Positions 45,054 to 54,924 are shown, counted from the first letter of the stretch. The stretch is 64,000 nt of DNA from Rhodospirillales bacterium (GCA_038143065.1 JAYQLI010000035.1:64001-128000); one strand, 5' to 3'. A program made the numbers and translations. The notes: a model not told the origin generated them from the sequence alone.

Positions 45054-45078
45054 TTTGTATGGCAGCTGCCATCACAAG
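45054..45078 (-). terminator. Hairpin downstream of the selenoprotein gene
   Basis: Perfect palindrome ATGGCAGCTGCCAT (45059-45072) with TTGT/ACAA extension; poor U-tract. Confidence 0.35.
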
Positions 45079-45098
45079 CATTCCGGGAAAAAATTATT

Positions 45099-45623
45099 TC
45101 ATTTATTCCCCGCCTGAATCCTCTCAAGAATTTTTGGCGCTGCTTCGAATGCAAGGGTCTTAAGCTCATCAGCAGTCTTATTTTGGATTGGGTGTGGCGT
45201 CCAAACAATTGCTGGAGCAAAACCCAATGCCTTACCTTGGGCTTCCGCTGCTTGTTGAAACTCCACTGTTGCTGTCGCACAGCCAGGGATCCCACGAACG
45301 TCGAGTTGGTGAATGTCATGCAAACTGCACGACGTACACGATCCTCAATCTGCTAAGGCTTCGACGACAATGTCACAACTTTCAACAATATCTTGCAGTA
45401 TAGATTCTGGTGCCGGTTTAGTATGCGTTGGCTTTTTAAATCTTATTGTTTTAACGCCTGCAGCCTGAATCAAGGGCTCTAGAGCGTCCATAAATTCATC
45501 AGAACGCTCTTTTGAGATAGATAAGAGACCGACAGTTTTTCCTGATATGTCGGGAGGAGGAGGGCGTCTTTCTCTGAGCGAAGAAGCGCTCTCTGCTGTA
45601 GGGTCTCGCATAGCATATGTCAT
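45099..45623 (-). CDS. UGSC-family selenoprotein, 174 aa, Sec at codon 93 (TGA 45347-45345)
   Basis: Two same-frame ORFs joined across one TGA: ...VVEALAD-U-GSCTSCSLHDIHQLDVRGIP...; SECIS-like hairpin follows. Confidence 0.9.
45307..45344 (-). promoter_or_regulatory. Bacterial SECIS-like hairpin
   Basis: UGA-11 nt-GUCGUGCA[GUU]UGCAUGAC; 8-bp stem with one G-U pair; G first in apical loop. Confidence 0.75.
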
Positions 45624-45627
45624 AGGT

Positions 45628-47069
45628 TCAATACTCCTCTAATGCTTGAGTTACCGGTCGAACTTCTGCATTGTTTCGTCCGCCGGTCCAACCACCAATA
45701 ATTGCTGACATCAAAGCTCCAGGCCCCCTGCTCTAACAACCAAAAGTCCGCCTGGATGAAATTTGTCGATCATCCCATTAGAGTCAGAGTACTTTTCTGC
45801 CTGAGCAGGCGTAATTCCAAGAGGGTGACCCGCACCTTCTAATATTTCTGATGTGGGACGCTTGAGAGCCTTATAAAGCCCATCTTCAATCTCTGCTCGG
45901 CCCCAACCATCTTTTCTGAAGATTTCATAGTGGTTAGGAGAAATGACTAGGATTGCATTGCCCCATCGTGCAAGTCGTGGGTGGTTAACGCTCCATAACT
46001 GCATTGCCATAGACTCACAGAGTTCTTCAGCTGTTCTACTTTTCTGGTCAACGAAGCCAGTTACGCCATCAGCATGGAATAGAGTGACCGCTGAAGCACC
46101 ACTGCTAACACCTCTTGCCTGAGCTAGTGGGATCCAATCCTCATCGCCTTCATCCTCCGCAAAGCAAAAAGTATATTTGCCAGGTTGTCCGAGGCACGCT
46201 CTGTCAATTTCTTGCGGACGACCGCCACCAACATTTCTGATAATCAATTGGAATGCACGCCCAATAGTGGCATTTGCTCGATTACCCTGGCCAAGAGCAT
46301 TTCCACCAGAATTCATGCCGATACGGCGTGAAATAGGGCCATTCACCAAGATAAGTGGGCCAGAGAATGCAAGGGTGCAAAGAAGTCCATGCATTGCAAA
46401 CTCTGGCTCAAGCGCTGCTTTCATGGCTCCAAGTAGCACAGGGAAGTATTCGGGGCGGCAGCCTGCCATAACGGCATTAACAGCAGCCTTTTCAACAGTG
46501 CAAGGAACAAGGTTTGGGGGAATTAATCCTATAATCTCGTCAGCTTTTCGGGTTGTACCCGCTAACATTCTTGCCACCCTTAAATCGGTGGGAGGTGTTA
46601 CTGGAAGGCCATCAGTCCAGCCTCGATCGAACGCTACCTCCATGGGATCATTGTCGTCATCGACTTCTATCGCGCGCGAATTAAGTACTATTTCACCTGC
46701 CTTAAGGGCTAGTCTTTCTACTGCTCCAGGGGCAACATTTAGAGCTCCGCAGCCTGGCATATTTTCAGGCATTGAAGCCCCAAGATTATCTATCCCAGTA
46801 ATTTCTCTCCAGTCGTTCTTATTCCAGCCATAGACGCGTGAAGTCTCTGTTGTTTGGTTGAATGCAATAACGGTTGGAACTATTTCAATTCTAAGCCTAT
46901 GACTTTCCAGCAATTCATCATCGTGGCGAGGGTTTAGGCCACGTGGAAACTCCGGTATGTCCTGAGTAATAACTTCAAGATCCAATCCTGCTGCACGCAT
47001 TTCCGCTAATGCAGGGACTGCTAGGCGGCACGTTGGACAATCTTCTTTAACAACCGCGACAAAACGCAT
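45628..47069 (-). CDS. Thioredoxin-like CxxC domain fused to uncharacterised domain; partner of the UGSC protein (frameshift near 45725)
   Basis: VKEDCPTC, EIVPT, PGCG linker, GWTDGLPVTPPT, NAVMAGC, GNRANATIGRA; tail GGPGALMSAIIGGW...EEY* ends 4 nt before the UGSC ATG. Confidence 0.8.
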
Positions 47070-47158
47070 TAGCTGTCCTCCTCCAGGCAACGATAGCCCC
47101 AGACGAAATGGAGCGCTACATTGTTAATGTTAACTATCAAGCGAAGCGGATAAGAAAA

Positions 47159-48427
47159 ATGGATTTTGGCTATTCAGATAAGGTGAAGCAGCTACAAGAG
47201 CGTGTTTCGGACTTTATGGCGAGGGAGATTGTTCCTCGCGATAAGGAGTGGCACGAGCTAACTGAATCCGGTGTTTTCCCTCCTGCTTTTTGTGAAGATA
47301 TTAAATCAAAAGCTAAAGCAGAGGGACTTTGGAATTTCTTCTTACCAAATCTTCCCGAAGAAGCTCCAGGTCAAGGCCTTAGCAATCTCGAGTATGCCCC
47401 GCTTGCTGAAATAATGGGTCGTATTTACTGGTCGCCCGAGATGTTCAACTGCAATGCACCGGACACGGGAAATATGGAAGTATTTCACATGTTCGGTACG
47501 CCTGAGCAGAAAGATACCTATCTGAAGCCCCTTTTAGAGGGCGAAATCCGCTCGGCTTTTTGTATGACGGAGCCTGAAGTGGCTTCCTCCGATGCCACGA
47601 ACGTCCAAACGAGAATTGAAAAGGATGGGAATGAATATGTCATAAATGGGCGTAAGTGGTTCATTACTAATGCTGAGCATCCCAACCTTGGCGTGATGAT
47701 AGTTATGGGTAAGACCGATCCGAGTGCAGAGACCCACCGTCAACAGTCACAGGTCATTGTGGATCCCAATACACCAGGTGTTTCTATCCGCAGAAATTTG
47801 CCTGTAATGCATCACATTAGCCCTGAGGGACACTGCGAGGTCGTCTTCGATAATGTCAGAGTACCGACAACTAACATCATTGCCGAAGAGGGTGATGGAT
47901 TCATGATTGCCCAGGCACGCCTAGGTCCGGGGCGGATCCACCACTGCATGCGTACCATAGGTCAGTGTGAGGTGGCTTTGGAGCTTATGATAGAACGTGG
48001 GTTGAACCGGAATACCTTCGGCAAAAGAACTATTGATCACGATACTGTAAGAGAGGCTGTAGCACTGTCGCGCCAAGAGATAGATATGGCTCGGCTCTTG
48101 GTTCTTCGTGCAGCTTGGATGATCGACACAGAAGGGCCGCGTGCCGCTCGCATGGAAGTGTCAAAGATTAAGGTAGTTGCCGCGAGACTTCAGACGACGG
48201 TCGTCAACCGCGCCATGCAAGTATTTGGTGCTATGGGCCTAACGCCTGATACTCCACTTTCATACCTTTGGACTTGGGGTAGGGCACTTCAGTTTATTGA
48301 TGGACCAGACGAAGTGCACTTGCGTACAATTGCTCGTAGCCTTGTCCGAAATCATGAAAAGAATGGTATGAGCGAGGTGATGCCTCACTTCTATCGTGTT
48401 TCAAAGGACTTCGACGAAAGTCGTTAA
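47159..48427 (+). CDS. Acyl-CoA dehydrogenase (FadE2/ACAD11-like)
   Basis: NCNAPDTGNME, MTEPEVASSDA, GRKWF, RLGPGRIHHCMR, DGPDEVH. Confidence 0.93.
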   Translation: MDFGYSDKVKQLQERVSDFMAREIVPRDKEWHELTESGVFPPAFCEDIKSKAKAEGLWNFFLPNLPEEAPGQGLSNLEYAPLAEIMGRIYWSPEMFNCNAPDTGNMEVFHMFGTPEQKDTYLKPLLEGEIRSAFCMTEPEVASSDATNVQTRIEKDGNEYVINGRKWFITNAEHPNLGVMIVMGKTDPSAETHRQQSQVIVDPNTPGVSIRRNLPVMHHISPEGHCEVVFDNVRVPTTNIIAEEGDGFMIAQARLGPGRIHHCMRTIGQCEVALELMIERGLNRNTFGKRTIDHDTVREAVALSRQEIDMARLLVLRAAWMIDTEGPRAARMEVSKIKVVAARLQTTVVNRAMQVFGAMGLTPDTPLSYLWTWGRALQFIDGPDEVHLRTIARSLVRNHEKNGMSEVMPHFYRVSKDFDESR

Positions 48428-48442
48428 TTCTGCTTTGGTGTT

Positions 48443-49081
48443 TTAACCCAAGCCTTGCTCAATCATCATCTGGGCAAGGCTTGTTGCGTTTGGTTGTTTG
48501 GAATTTTGTAAGCCTGCAATAACGCCTGCTTGGTCAAGTGCAGATCGGTTTTGGCTTAGTTTAGACTTTGCTTCGATTTTGGTTATTTTGATAGAAAATG
48601 CGACGATTCCATGAAGCATTTTTTGGATGTAGTCTTCTGGTTCGTCACTAAGCTTCCAAGATTTTGGCTGGTCTCCTTCGAATATCTTCGAAAGTTCATT
48701 AACGCATCGCAGCTTTTCAGTATTTTCGATCAACGGAAAAGTTTGGCCGGTTAATTCAACTGATACGTAATTCCAGGTTGGCACCACTCCTTTGCCCTTG
48801 CTTTTGGATTCATACCAGCTGGGCGATATATAGGCATTCGGTCCTGCAAATAACGCTAAAACCTCCCCTGGCTTAGAAAGTGCTCTGGCTTGCGGGTTAC
48901 TGCGAGCCAGATGGCCTATAAGTCGACGATTTTCCGACTGTTGATCAAAAATCAATGGTACCTGGGTAATCAACGGCAGAGCATTATCTTCTGACGGGGT
49001 TATTAGCGTTGCGAAGGGGTGTCTTGTGATTACGTTTATCGCCTCGTCCCGTGAGGCAGCAAAATGGGTTGGGGCATACAA
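48443..49081 (-). CDS. PaiB-family FMN/heme-binding split-barrel protein
   Basis: HPFATL, GHLARSNPQ, GPNAYISPSWY, VPTWNY, KLSQNR. Confidence 0.92.
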   Translation of the reverse strand: MYAPTHFAASRDEAINVITRHPFATLITPSEDNALPLITQVPLIFDQQSENRRLIGHLARSNPQARALSKPGEVLALFAGPNAYISPSWYESKSKGKGVVPTWNYVSVELTGQTFPLIENTEKLRCVNELSKIFEGDQPKSWKLSDEPEDYIQKMLHGIVAFSIKITKIEAKSKLSQNRSALDQAGVIAGLQNSKQPNATSLAQMMIEQGLG

Positions 49082-49240
49082 AATTTCTACTCTTTCGCAA
49101 CAGAAGATGAACGTTAAAGAAGGGAGACGTTATGCAAGACACATATCAGAAGTGGAGACAAACTTAATTAATGTTAGGACCATTGCTGATATTTTTTGGG
49201 CGCTCTGGCTGAATAACGGTCCTTCTAAAGACCTAAACCC

Positions 49241-49912
49241 TTATCCAATATGCTTGCCAAAGAATTCGAGAGTGCGTGAGCGAGCGAGTTTAGCGCAGTC
49301 ATCGTTGAAATCTCCACGATGATCACAGTTGAAGCCGTGTCCTGCAGGGTAAACAAATATATCTGAATCGCTGTGTGCAGCTCGAATTTTGTCTACGTCA
49401 GCCATAGGGATGCCGTGATCATTTTCTCCAAAGTGCATCATCACAGGGTTCTTGGGGGCCTCGTCGTTGAACATTGCAATCTGGCCTCCATAGTAACAGA
49501 CGGAAGCATCTATGCCGACGCGGGTTGCCGTGAGCCATGACATCGATCCGCCCCAGCAGTAGCCTACGCTGCCTATCTTGCCAACATTAGCTGCCCTCAA
49601 GGCGGCAACAGTCGAAGCAACATCTTTAACAGCATCATTCCAGTCGACCTTGGCGCGCGTGTCTCGCCCTTTGGCTATATCGTCGGGCGTATAGCCAACC
49701 TCAAAATTTTTCTCGGCTCTGTCAAATAGTGCTGGTGCTAATACTGCATAACCATCCGCAGCGTAGCCATCAGCTACTTCCCGGATGTGTTTGTTAACGC
49801 CAAAAATTTCTTGAATAACAACTATTCCACCTTTAGGTGTCCCAGATGGATCCGCTTTGTAGCAGTCAAACTCGTGACCATCTTCAGCTTTCAGCGAAAT
49901 TAACGAACCCAT
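49241..49912 (-). CDS. Dienelactone hydrolase family
   Basis: QEIFGVN, GYCWGG, AGHGFNCD. Confidence 0.93.
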   Translation of the reverse strand: MGSLISLKAEDGHEFDCYKADPSGTPKGGIVVIQEIFGVNKHIREVADGYAADGYAVLAPALFDRAEKNFEVGYTPDDIAKGRDTRAKVDWNDAVKDVASTVAALRAANVGKIGSVGYCWGGSMSWLTATRVGIDASVCYYGGQIAMFNDEAPKNPVMMHFGENDHGIPMADVDKIRAAHSDSDIFVYPAGHGFNCDHRGDFNDDCAKLARSRTLEFFGKHIG

Positions 49913-49965
49913 ACTCATTCCTCCTGAGAAGTTGCTTCGATAACAAAGCATATATTACCGAATAA

Positions 49966-50373
49966 TCAAACGTAAATTAGTTGGCCATCCTTTGCATTCG
50001 TAAGGGCTGTTGTGAGGCCAGAAGTTTGTATTTTTAAACCTTTCTTAATGCTGCCAGCAGTCATACCAGCCACGGTTAGTGCTGTATCGCAGGCTGATAT
50101 AACAACATCTAACTCACAGAGAGCGTTGAGGAGTTCGTCTGGATGAGCTGCGCCAGCCTTTTTCAATTTCAATAAATAATTTTCGCCATGTTCACCTGCA
50201 ACGGTCTGCAGGTTCTCCCAATTATCAGACTTTAAAGTTTCTACGCCTTCCATTCCAAAAAAAATGTGAACGCGGCCGTCTAGAGCGGCGTGCGAGGCTG
50301 CAAGCATTAACGCATAGTGAACCCTGTCTAGGGCCTTTGTTTGGATGACTATGGTGAGGTGGCCAAGTGGCAT
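49966..50373 (-). CDS. DsrE/DsrF-like protein
   Basis: RVHYALMLAASHAA, IFFGMEG, ISACD (Cys in the expected position). Confidence 0.75.
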   Translation of the reverse strand: MPLGHLTIVIQTKALDRVHYALMLAASHAALDGRVHIFFGMEGVETLKSDNWENLQTVAGEHGENYLLKLKKAGAAHPDELLNALCELDVVISACDTALTVAGMTAGSIKKGLKIQTSGLTTALTNAKDGQLIYV

Positions 50374-50379
50374 TAATTT

Positions 50380-50562
50380 TTAGTCTGATCTTAATTGTAG
50401 GGACGAATATTTGCTTAGTATTTGCCGCACTCGGGGCACACATTGGCCACAGGTCGGAGCACATTCATTATCTCTGTATATTTCTGATACCTTTGAGGCT
50501 CCTCTTTCTAAAGCTGCCTGGATAGCCTCTTCCTTGATGCCGTTACATATGCAAATTCGCAT
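50380..50562 (-). CDS. bfd: BFD-like [2Fe-2S] ferredoxin
   Basis: MRICICNGI...CGQC. Confidence 0.85.
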   Translation of the reverse strand: MRICICNGIKEEAIQAALERGASKVSEIYRDNECAPTCGQCVPRVRQILSKYSSLQLRSD

Positions 50563-50650
50563 TAGAAAACAGATGTCCTAAATGAATATTTCATAACGCT
50601 TACGTTCTTTGAGAATAGAGTCAATTGTCGAGCATCCATTCTAACGTTTC

Positions 50651-51814
50651 TCAAAGATAGCGAGCAATCAACTCTTTCATAATTTCATTCGTGCCCCCGT
50701 ATATTTTTTGTACTCTCGCGTCAGTCCACATTCTAGCAATTGGGTACTCTGACATGTAACCATATCCGCCATGGAGCTGAACACATAAATCAAGAACTTC
50801 GTTTTGTTTCTGGCTAGCCCACCACTTAGCCATTGAGGCAACTTTTGAATCCAGATTGCCTGCTAAAAGACGTTCTACGCAATCATCTATGAATACTCTT
50901 GCTACACGCGCTTCCGTCACAGCTTCAGCAAGCCTGTGTTTTGTATTTTGAAAATCAAATATGGCTTGTCCAAAGGCGCGCCTCGACTTCACATATTGTA
51001 AAGTAAGGTCGAGCCCAGTCTCCATAGATGCCACAGCCCCGACTGCTATTAGGAGCCGTTCCTGCGGTAATTGGTTCATGAGTTGGTAAAACCCTTGGCC
51101 TTCCTCTCCTCCAAGAATTGCATCTGAATTGACAAGAACATCTTCGAAGAACAACTCAGACGTATCTGCCGCATGCATTCCTATTTTCTCTAGGTTTCTG
51201 CCACGGGAAACTCCGGGCAGGGTCATATCTACGAGTATTAGGGAAATTCCTTTACCCCGTGCCTCTGGATCTGTTTTCGCCACCAGAATTATTAGATCTG
51301 CATTTTGACCGTTCGTGATAAAAGTTTTTTGGCCATTTATGAGAAATCCATTTTCTTGTTTTACCGCCCGAGTTTTGACTGACTGCAAGTCAGACCCAGT
51401 TCCCGGTTCCGTCATCCCTATAGCGCAGATTACTTCACCGGATACTAATTTGGGGAGCCATAAACGCTTTTGATCTTCAGTCCCAAACTCCAAGAGGTAG
51501 TGGGCACAAATGCCCGAGTGGACTGCATCGCCAAATGCAGCCCCTAAAGTAATTCGCTCTAATTCTTCTAACCACGCAAAATGGTGAGCAAGCGATCCTC
51601 CACCTCCGCCATACTCTTCTGGAACTGACGGACAAAGAAACCCAGCTGATCCTGCGGCACGCCAAGCGGCCTTGTCTATAAAACCCTGACTAGTCCAACG
51701 CTCAATATGTGGTTGAAATTCCGACTCTAAAAATTTCCTAGCAACGTTTCGAAAAATGCTGACGTCGTCTATTTCCCAACTCGGTTGATAATCACTAGTA
51801 AAATCAAAATTCAT
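50651..51814 (-). CDS. Long-chain-type acyl-CoA dehydrogenase
   Basis: MTEPGTGSDL, GQKTFITNG, LPQERL, QLHGGYGY, IYGGTNEIM. Confidence 0.93.
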   Translation of the reverse strand: MNFDFTSDYQPSWEIDDVSIFRNVARKFLESEFQPHIERWTSQGFIDKAAWRAAGSAGFLCPSVPEEYGGGGGSLAHHFAWLEELERITLGAAFGDAVHSGICAHYLLEFGTEDQKRLWLPKLVSGEVICAIGMTEPGTGSDLQSVKTRAVKQENGFLINGQKTFITNGQNADLIILVAKTDPEARGKGISLILVDMTLPGVSRGRNLEKIGMHAADTSELFFEDVLVNSDAILGGEEGQGFYQLMNQLPQERLLIAVGAVASMETGLDLTLQYVKSRRAFGQAIFDFQNTKHRLAEAVTEARVARVFIDDCVERLLAGNLDSKVASMAKWWASQKQNEVLDLCVQLHGGYGYMSEYPIARMWTDARVQKIYGGTNEIMKELIARYL

Positions 51815-51901
51815 CCCACCGCCACCTTGCGTGTCACTGTCGCGCATGTTGACGCCTCCTAGCGTATGCTTTCATCTAAGGTAGTTCCTGGAGCATAACT
51901 C

Positions 51902-53102
51902 ATGAAGATATCTGCCGTCGAAACTATTCTCTCAGATACCTACCCAAATGGTATTTGGGTCCGATTAGAAACTGATGAAGGTCTAGTAGGAGTTGGAGAG
52001 ACATTCCGAAATCCTAAAGCCACAGAAGCGTACATCCATGAAACTCTTGCTCCTTACTTACTTGGGCAAGATCCCTGTCAGCCCGAGTTACATCGCACAG
52101 CTTTCAATCGCCTACTTGGTAACCGGTTTCAGGGCTTCCCAACCCGCTCGATAGAACTACGAGGTAATTCTGCGGTTGATATAGCTCTTTGGGATTTAAT
52201 GGCCAAATCACTGGATGCCCCACTTTACAAGGTTTTAGGGGGTCCAGCTCATCAAACGCTTCCAGTTTATAATACCTGTGCAAGTGATGGTTATAATCTT
52301 GCTGCAAAGGTTATAGGTGACAGTCGCGCAGCAGGAGAAGGCGAGGACGACCTCGCTCTCCAAGTGAGTGATCCAGGACGTCTTGCCAGGTCACTTTTGG
52401 ATGACGGTATCACGGGCATGAAAATATGGCCCTACGATCGATTTGCTGCCAAGCATGATGGCTGGCACATAGATCGTGCAGATTTGGAAGAAGCAACTGA
52501 TGTTATTGCACAGATCCGAGATGCGGTTGGTGATAAAATTGAAATTATGCTTGAGTATCATGGGCTTTGGAGGTTGCCTGCAGCATTAGATATTGCCGAA
52601 GCTCTTGGCCAGTATCGAGTTTATTGGCATGAGGACCCAATTGATCTTTCTAACATCGCAGACCTGCGTCGCTACCGTGATGAAACAGGCGGCCGTGTAG
52701 CGGCTAGTGAAAATCTTGGGACAACTCGTTGGCTGCGTGACGCTTTAGTTGCCGGAGCTGTGGATGTAGTTCAGTTTGACATGGGCTGGGTTGGGGGCAT
52801 TTCCGAGGGTAAACGTATCCAAGCACTAGCCGAGGCCTTTGATCGTCCTATCGCCCCCTCATGATTGCGTCGGTCCCATCCTGTTTGCGGCTGACTGTCA
52901 TTTAGCCTTTGCGAGCCCCAATACTTTAACACAAGAGATTGTTCGCGCTTACCTGTCCGGCTGGTACCGTGACGTTGCCAGTGGTTTGCCAGAGGTGAAA
53001 TCAGGCCAATTACAGCTTCCTAAAGGTCCTGGCCATGGGGCGGATTTTGCTCCGGGATTTCTTGACGGAGATGGAATTAAAAGGAAGAAAAGCTGCATGT
53101 AA
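51902..53102 (+). CDS. Mandelate racemase/enolase-superfamily acid-sugar dehydratase (frameshift near 52858)
   Basis: GVGET, SAVDIALWD, MKIWP, EYH, EDP, ASE, HDC.GP. Confidence 0.88.
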
Positions 53103-53273
53103 ATTTTTTAGCAGCTTGCCTAATTCAAAGTCGATTTATTCAACAATATCGATACGGTGCTATTTTTGTTTTAAAGACAGCTGCGGATATATTACCTCAA
53201 AAAATTTAAAATCAGGCTACTTAACTGTCTTCAACGAGTTAAAAAATGTGCAGCAGATTAAAGTCCTCGTATT

Positions 53274-53969
53274 ATGCCAAGTAAGGAAAATACTTTGTTA
53301 GATCTGTCTGATCGCGTTTTATATAAAGACCCAATGGTCTTAGTGATTAATAAGCCCGCAGGAATACCAGTGCATGCGGGTCCTAGTGGTCAAGAAAATA
53401 TTGAGGCTGCTTTGGACCTGCTCCGGTTTGAGGGCAAAGATTTACCGAAGCTGGCTCATCGTTTGGACCGAGATACGTCAGGTTGTCTTGTTTTAGGTCG
53501 TGGTCCAAATGGGCTTAAACGGCTACATCGGCTCTTCCGGGAAGGTATCGTCAGCAAATATTATTGGGCTTTAACTGCAGGGGCGCCGGCTAAGGACGAG
53601 GGCCTTATTGATTCTCCTTTAACAAAACTAAACACAAGGCAGGGATGGCGTATTGTTGTTGATCCAGCTGGGAAGGCATCACAAACCCACTGGCGTGTAC
53701 TCGCGCGAGGTAAAGACATTGCCTGGCTTGAATTCCGACCGAAAACGGGTCGTACCCACCAAGTTCGTGTGCATGCTGCAAGTCTTGGTTTTCCAATTTT
53801 GGGTGACTCGCAATATGGTGGAGGGGTTGGAGATTTAATGCTCCATGCTAATCAAATAGATCTCCCGATATACCAAAACCGACCATCGGTTGTGGTAAAA
53901 GCAGAACCTGCGTCACAGTTTATTTCAAAGCTCGAATCTTTCGCGCCAGATTGGCGCAACATAAGCTAG
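53274..53969 (+). CDS. RluA-family pseudouridine synthase
   Basis: NKPAG, HRLDRDTSG, TGRTHQVRVH. Confidence 0.93.
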   Translation: MPSKENTLLDLSDRVLYKDPMVLVINKPAGIPVHAGPSGQENIEAALDLLRFEGKDLPKLAHRLDRDTSGCLVLGRGPNGLKRLHRLFREGIVSKYYWALTAGAPAKDEGLIDSPLTKLNTRQGWRIVVDPAGKASQTHWRVLARGKDIAWLEFRPKTGRTHQVRVHAASLGFPILGDSQYGGGVGDLMLHANQIDLPIYQNRPSVVVKAEPASQFISKLESFAPDWRNIS

Positions 53970-53992
53970 GTGCTGTTAATTAGGAGGAACCG

Positions 53993-54871
53993 ATGGGTTG
54001 GTTTATTCATCACGTAAATGTTCAGGCATTTGACGTTCAGGAAAGCGCCAAATTTTATCGGGATATTATTGGTTTGAAGGAAGGTGTTCGCACTTATCCC
54101 GAAACTGTTGGCGCAATGAGCAGTGGACCCGATCGTATTGCTGCATTTGGACGTGACAACCGCGGCATCCACGTAGTTAAGGCAAATCCAAGCTTCCCCA
54201 TCCAGAATAAGCTTTTTCACAACCCAACTATTGGTGGTCATTTCGCAATTACCGTGACCAACCTCGAAATCGTGAAGGCTAGGTTGGAGGAAGCTGGACA
54301 TATTGTTTCTGATGCGGGCGTATACGCTATGGCTGGGATGCGGCAAATCTATGTTTTTGATCCGTGCCAACGAGTGATGGAGATCAATCAAGCTATTGAC
54401 GATTCAGCTGGCCGTTCTCCTCGCCAAGGCGAAGCACACGATCTTGAGATGCAAGAAGGTGGATGGACCCTGCATCACGTCAATTTGCCCGCTCACAGTG
54501 TTCCAGCAACTGTAGCATATCTTCGAGATCTCATTGGGTTAGAAGAAAGTCAATGGATTCCTGCTGAGAGCTCTTCAATTAGCGAATTTATAGTTGATCC
54601 AGAAATGCTCGCTGTTTTTGGAGATGACAATCGAGGAATCCATGTCGTTAAGCCAACGGCTGAATTTGCAGCGAAAAACGGCTTTAAACACAACCCCACA
54701 ATTGGGGGGCATTTTGCTGTCACAGTGCCTGACCTAGAAGCCGTGAAGTCACGCCTTTCTGCTTCAGATATTCAATTCACCGACGCAGGATCCTATGCCA
54801 TGGCGGGGATGGCACAAGTTTATGCGTATGACCCGTCTATGAACCTAGTAGAAATAAATCAGGTGATGTGA
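53993..54871 (+). CDS. VOC/glyoxalase protein with tandem-duplicated halves
   Basis: Two copies of GW-x2-HHVN...DNRGIHVVK...HNPTIGGHFA...YAMAGM...DP...EINQ. Confidence 0.85.
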   Translation: MGWFIHHVNVQAFDVQESAKFYRDIIGLKEGVRTYPETVGAMSSGPDRIAAFGRDNRGIHVVKANPSFPIQNKLFHNPTIGGHFAITVTNLEIVKARLEEAGHIVSDAGVYAMAGMRQIYVFDPCQRVMEINQAIDDSAGRSPRQGEAHDLEMQEGGWTLHHVNLPAHSVPATVAYLRDLIGLEESQWIPAESSSISEFIVDPEMLAVFGDDNRGIHVVKPTAEFAAKNGFKHNPTIGGHFAVTVPDLEAVKSRLSASDIQFTDAGSYAMAGMAQVYAYDPSMNLVEINQVM

Positions 54872-54924
54872 GTTTTGGAAGACGGAAACAGTTCCTAAAT
54901 ACCGTGTTAAGAGGATGTTCCGTT

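Noticed and set aside
46177-46833. 218-aa antisense ORF (and similar shadow ORFs such as 26955-27518 and 9223-9675)
   Set aside because: They are in-register reverse complements of real genes and carry no motifs.
54882-54923. Imperfect hairpin between the convergent VOC and GST genes
   Set aside because: Bulged stem with a large loop; too weak to call a terminator.
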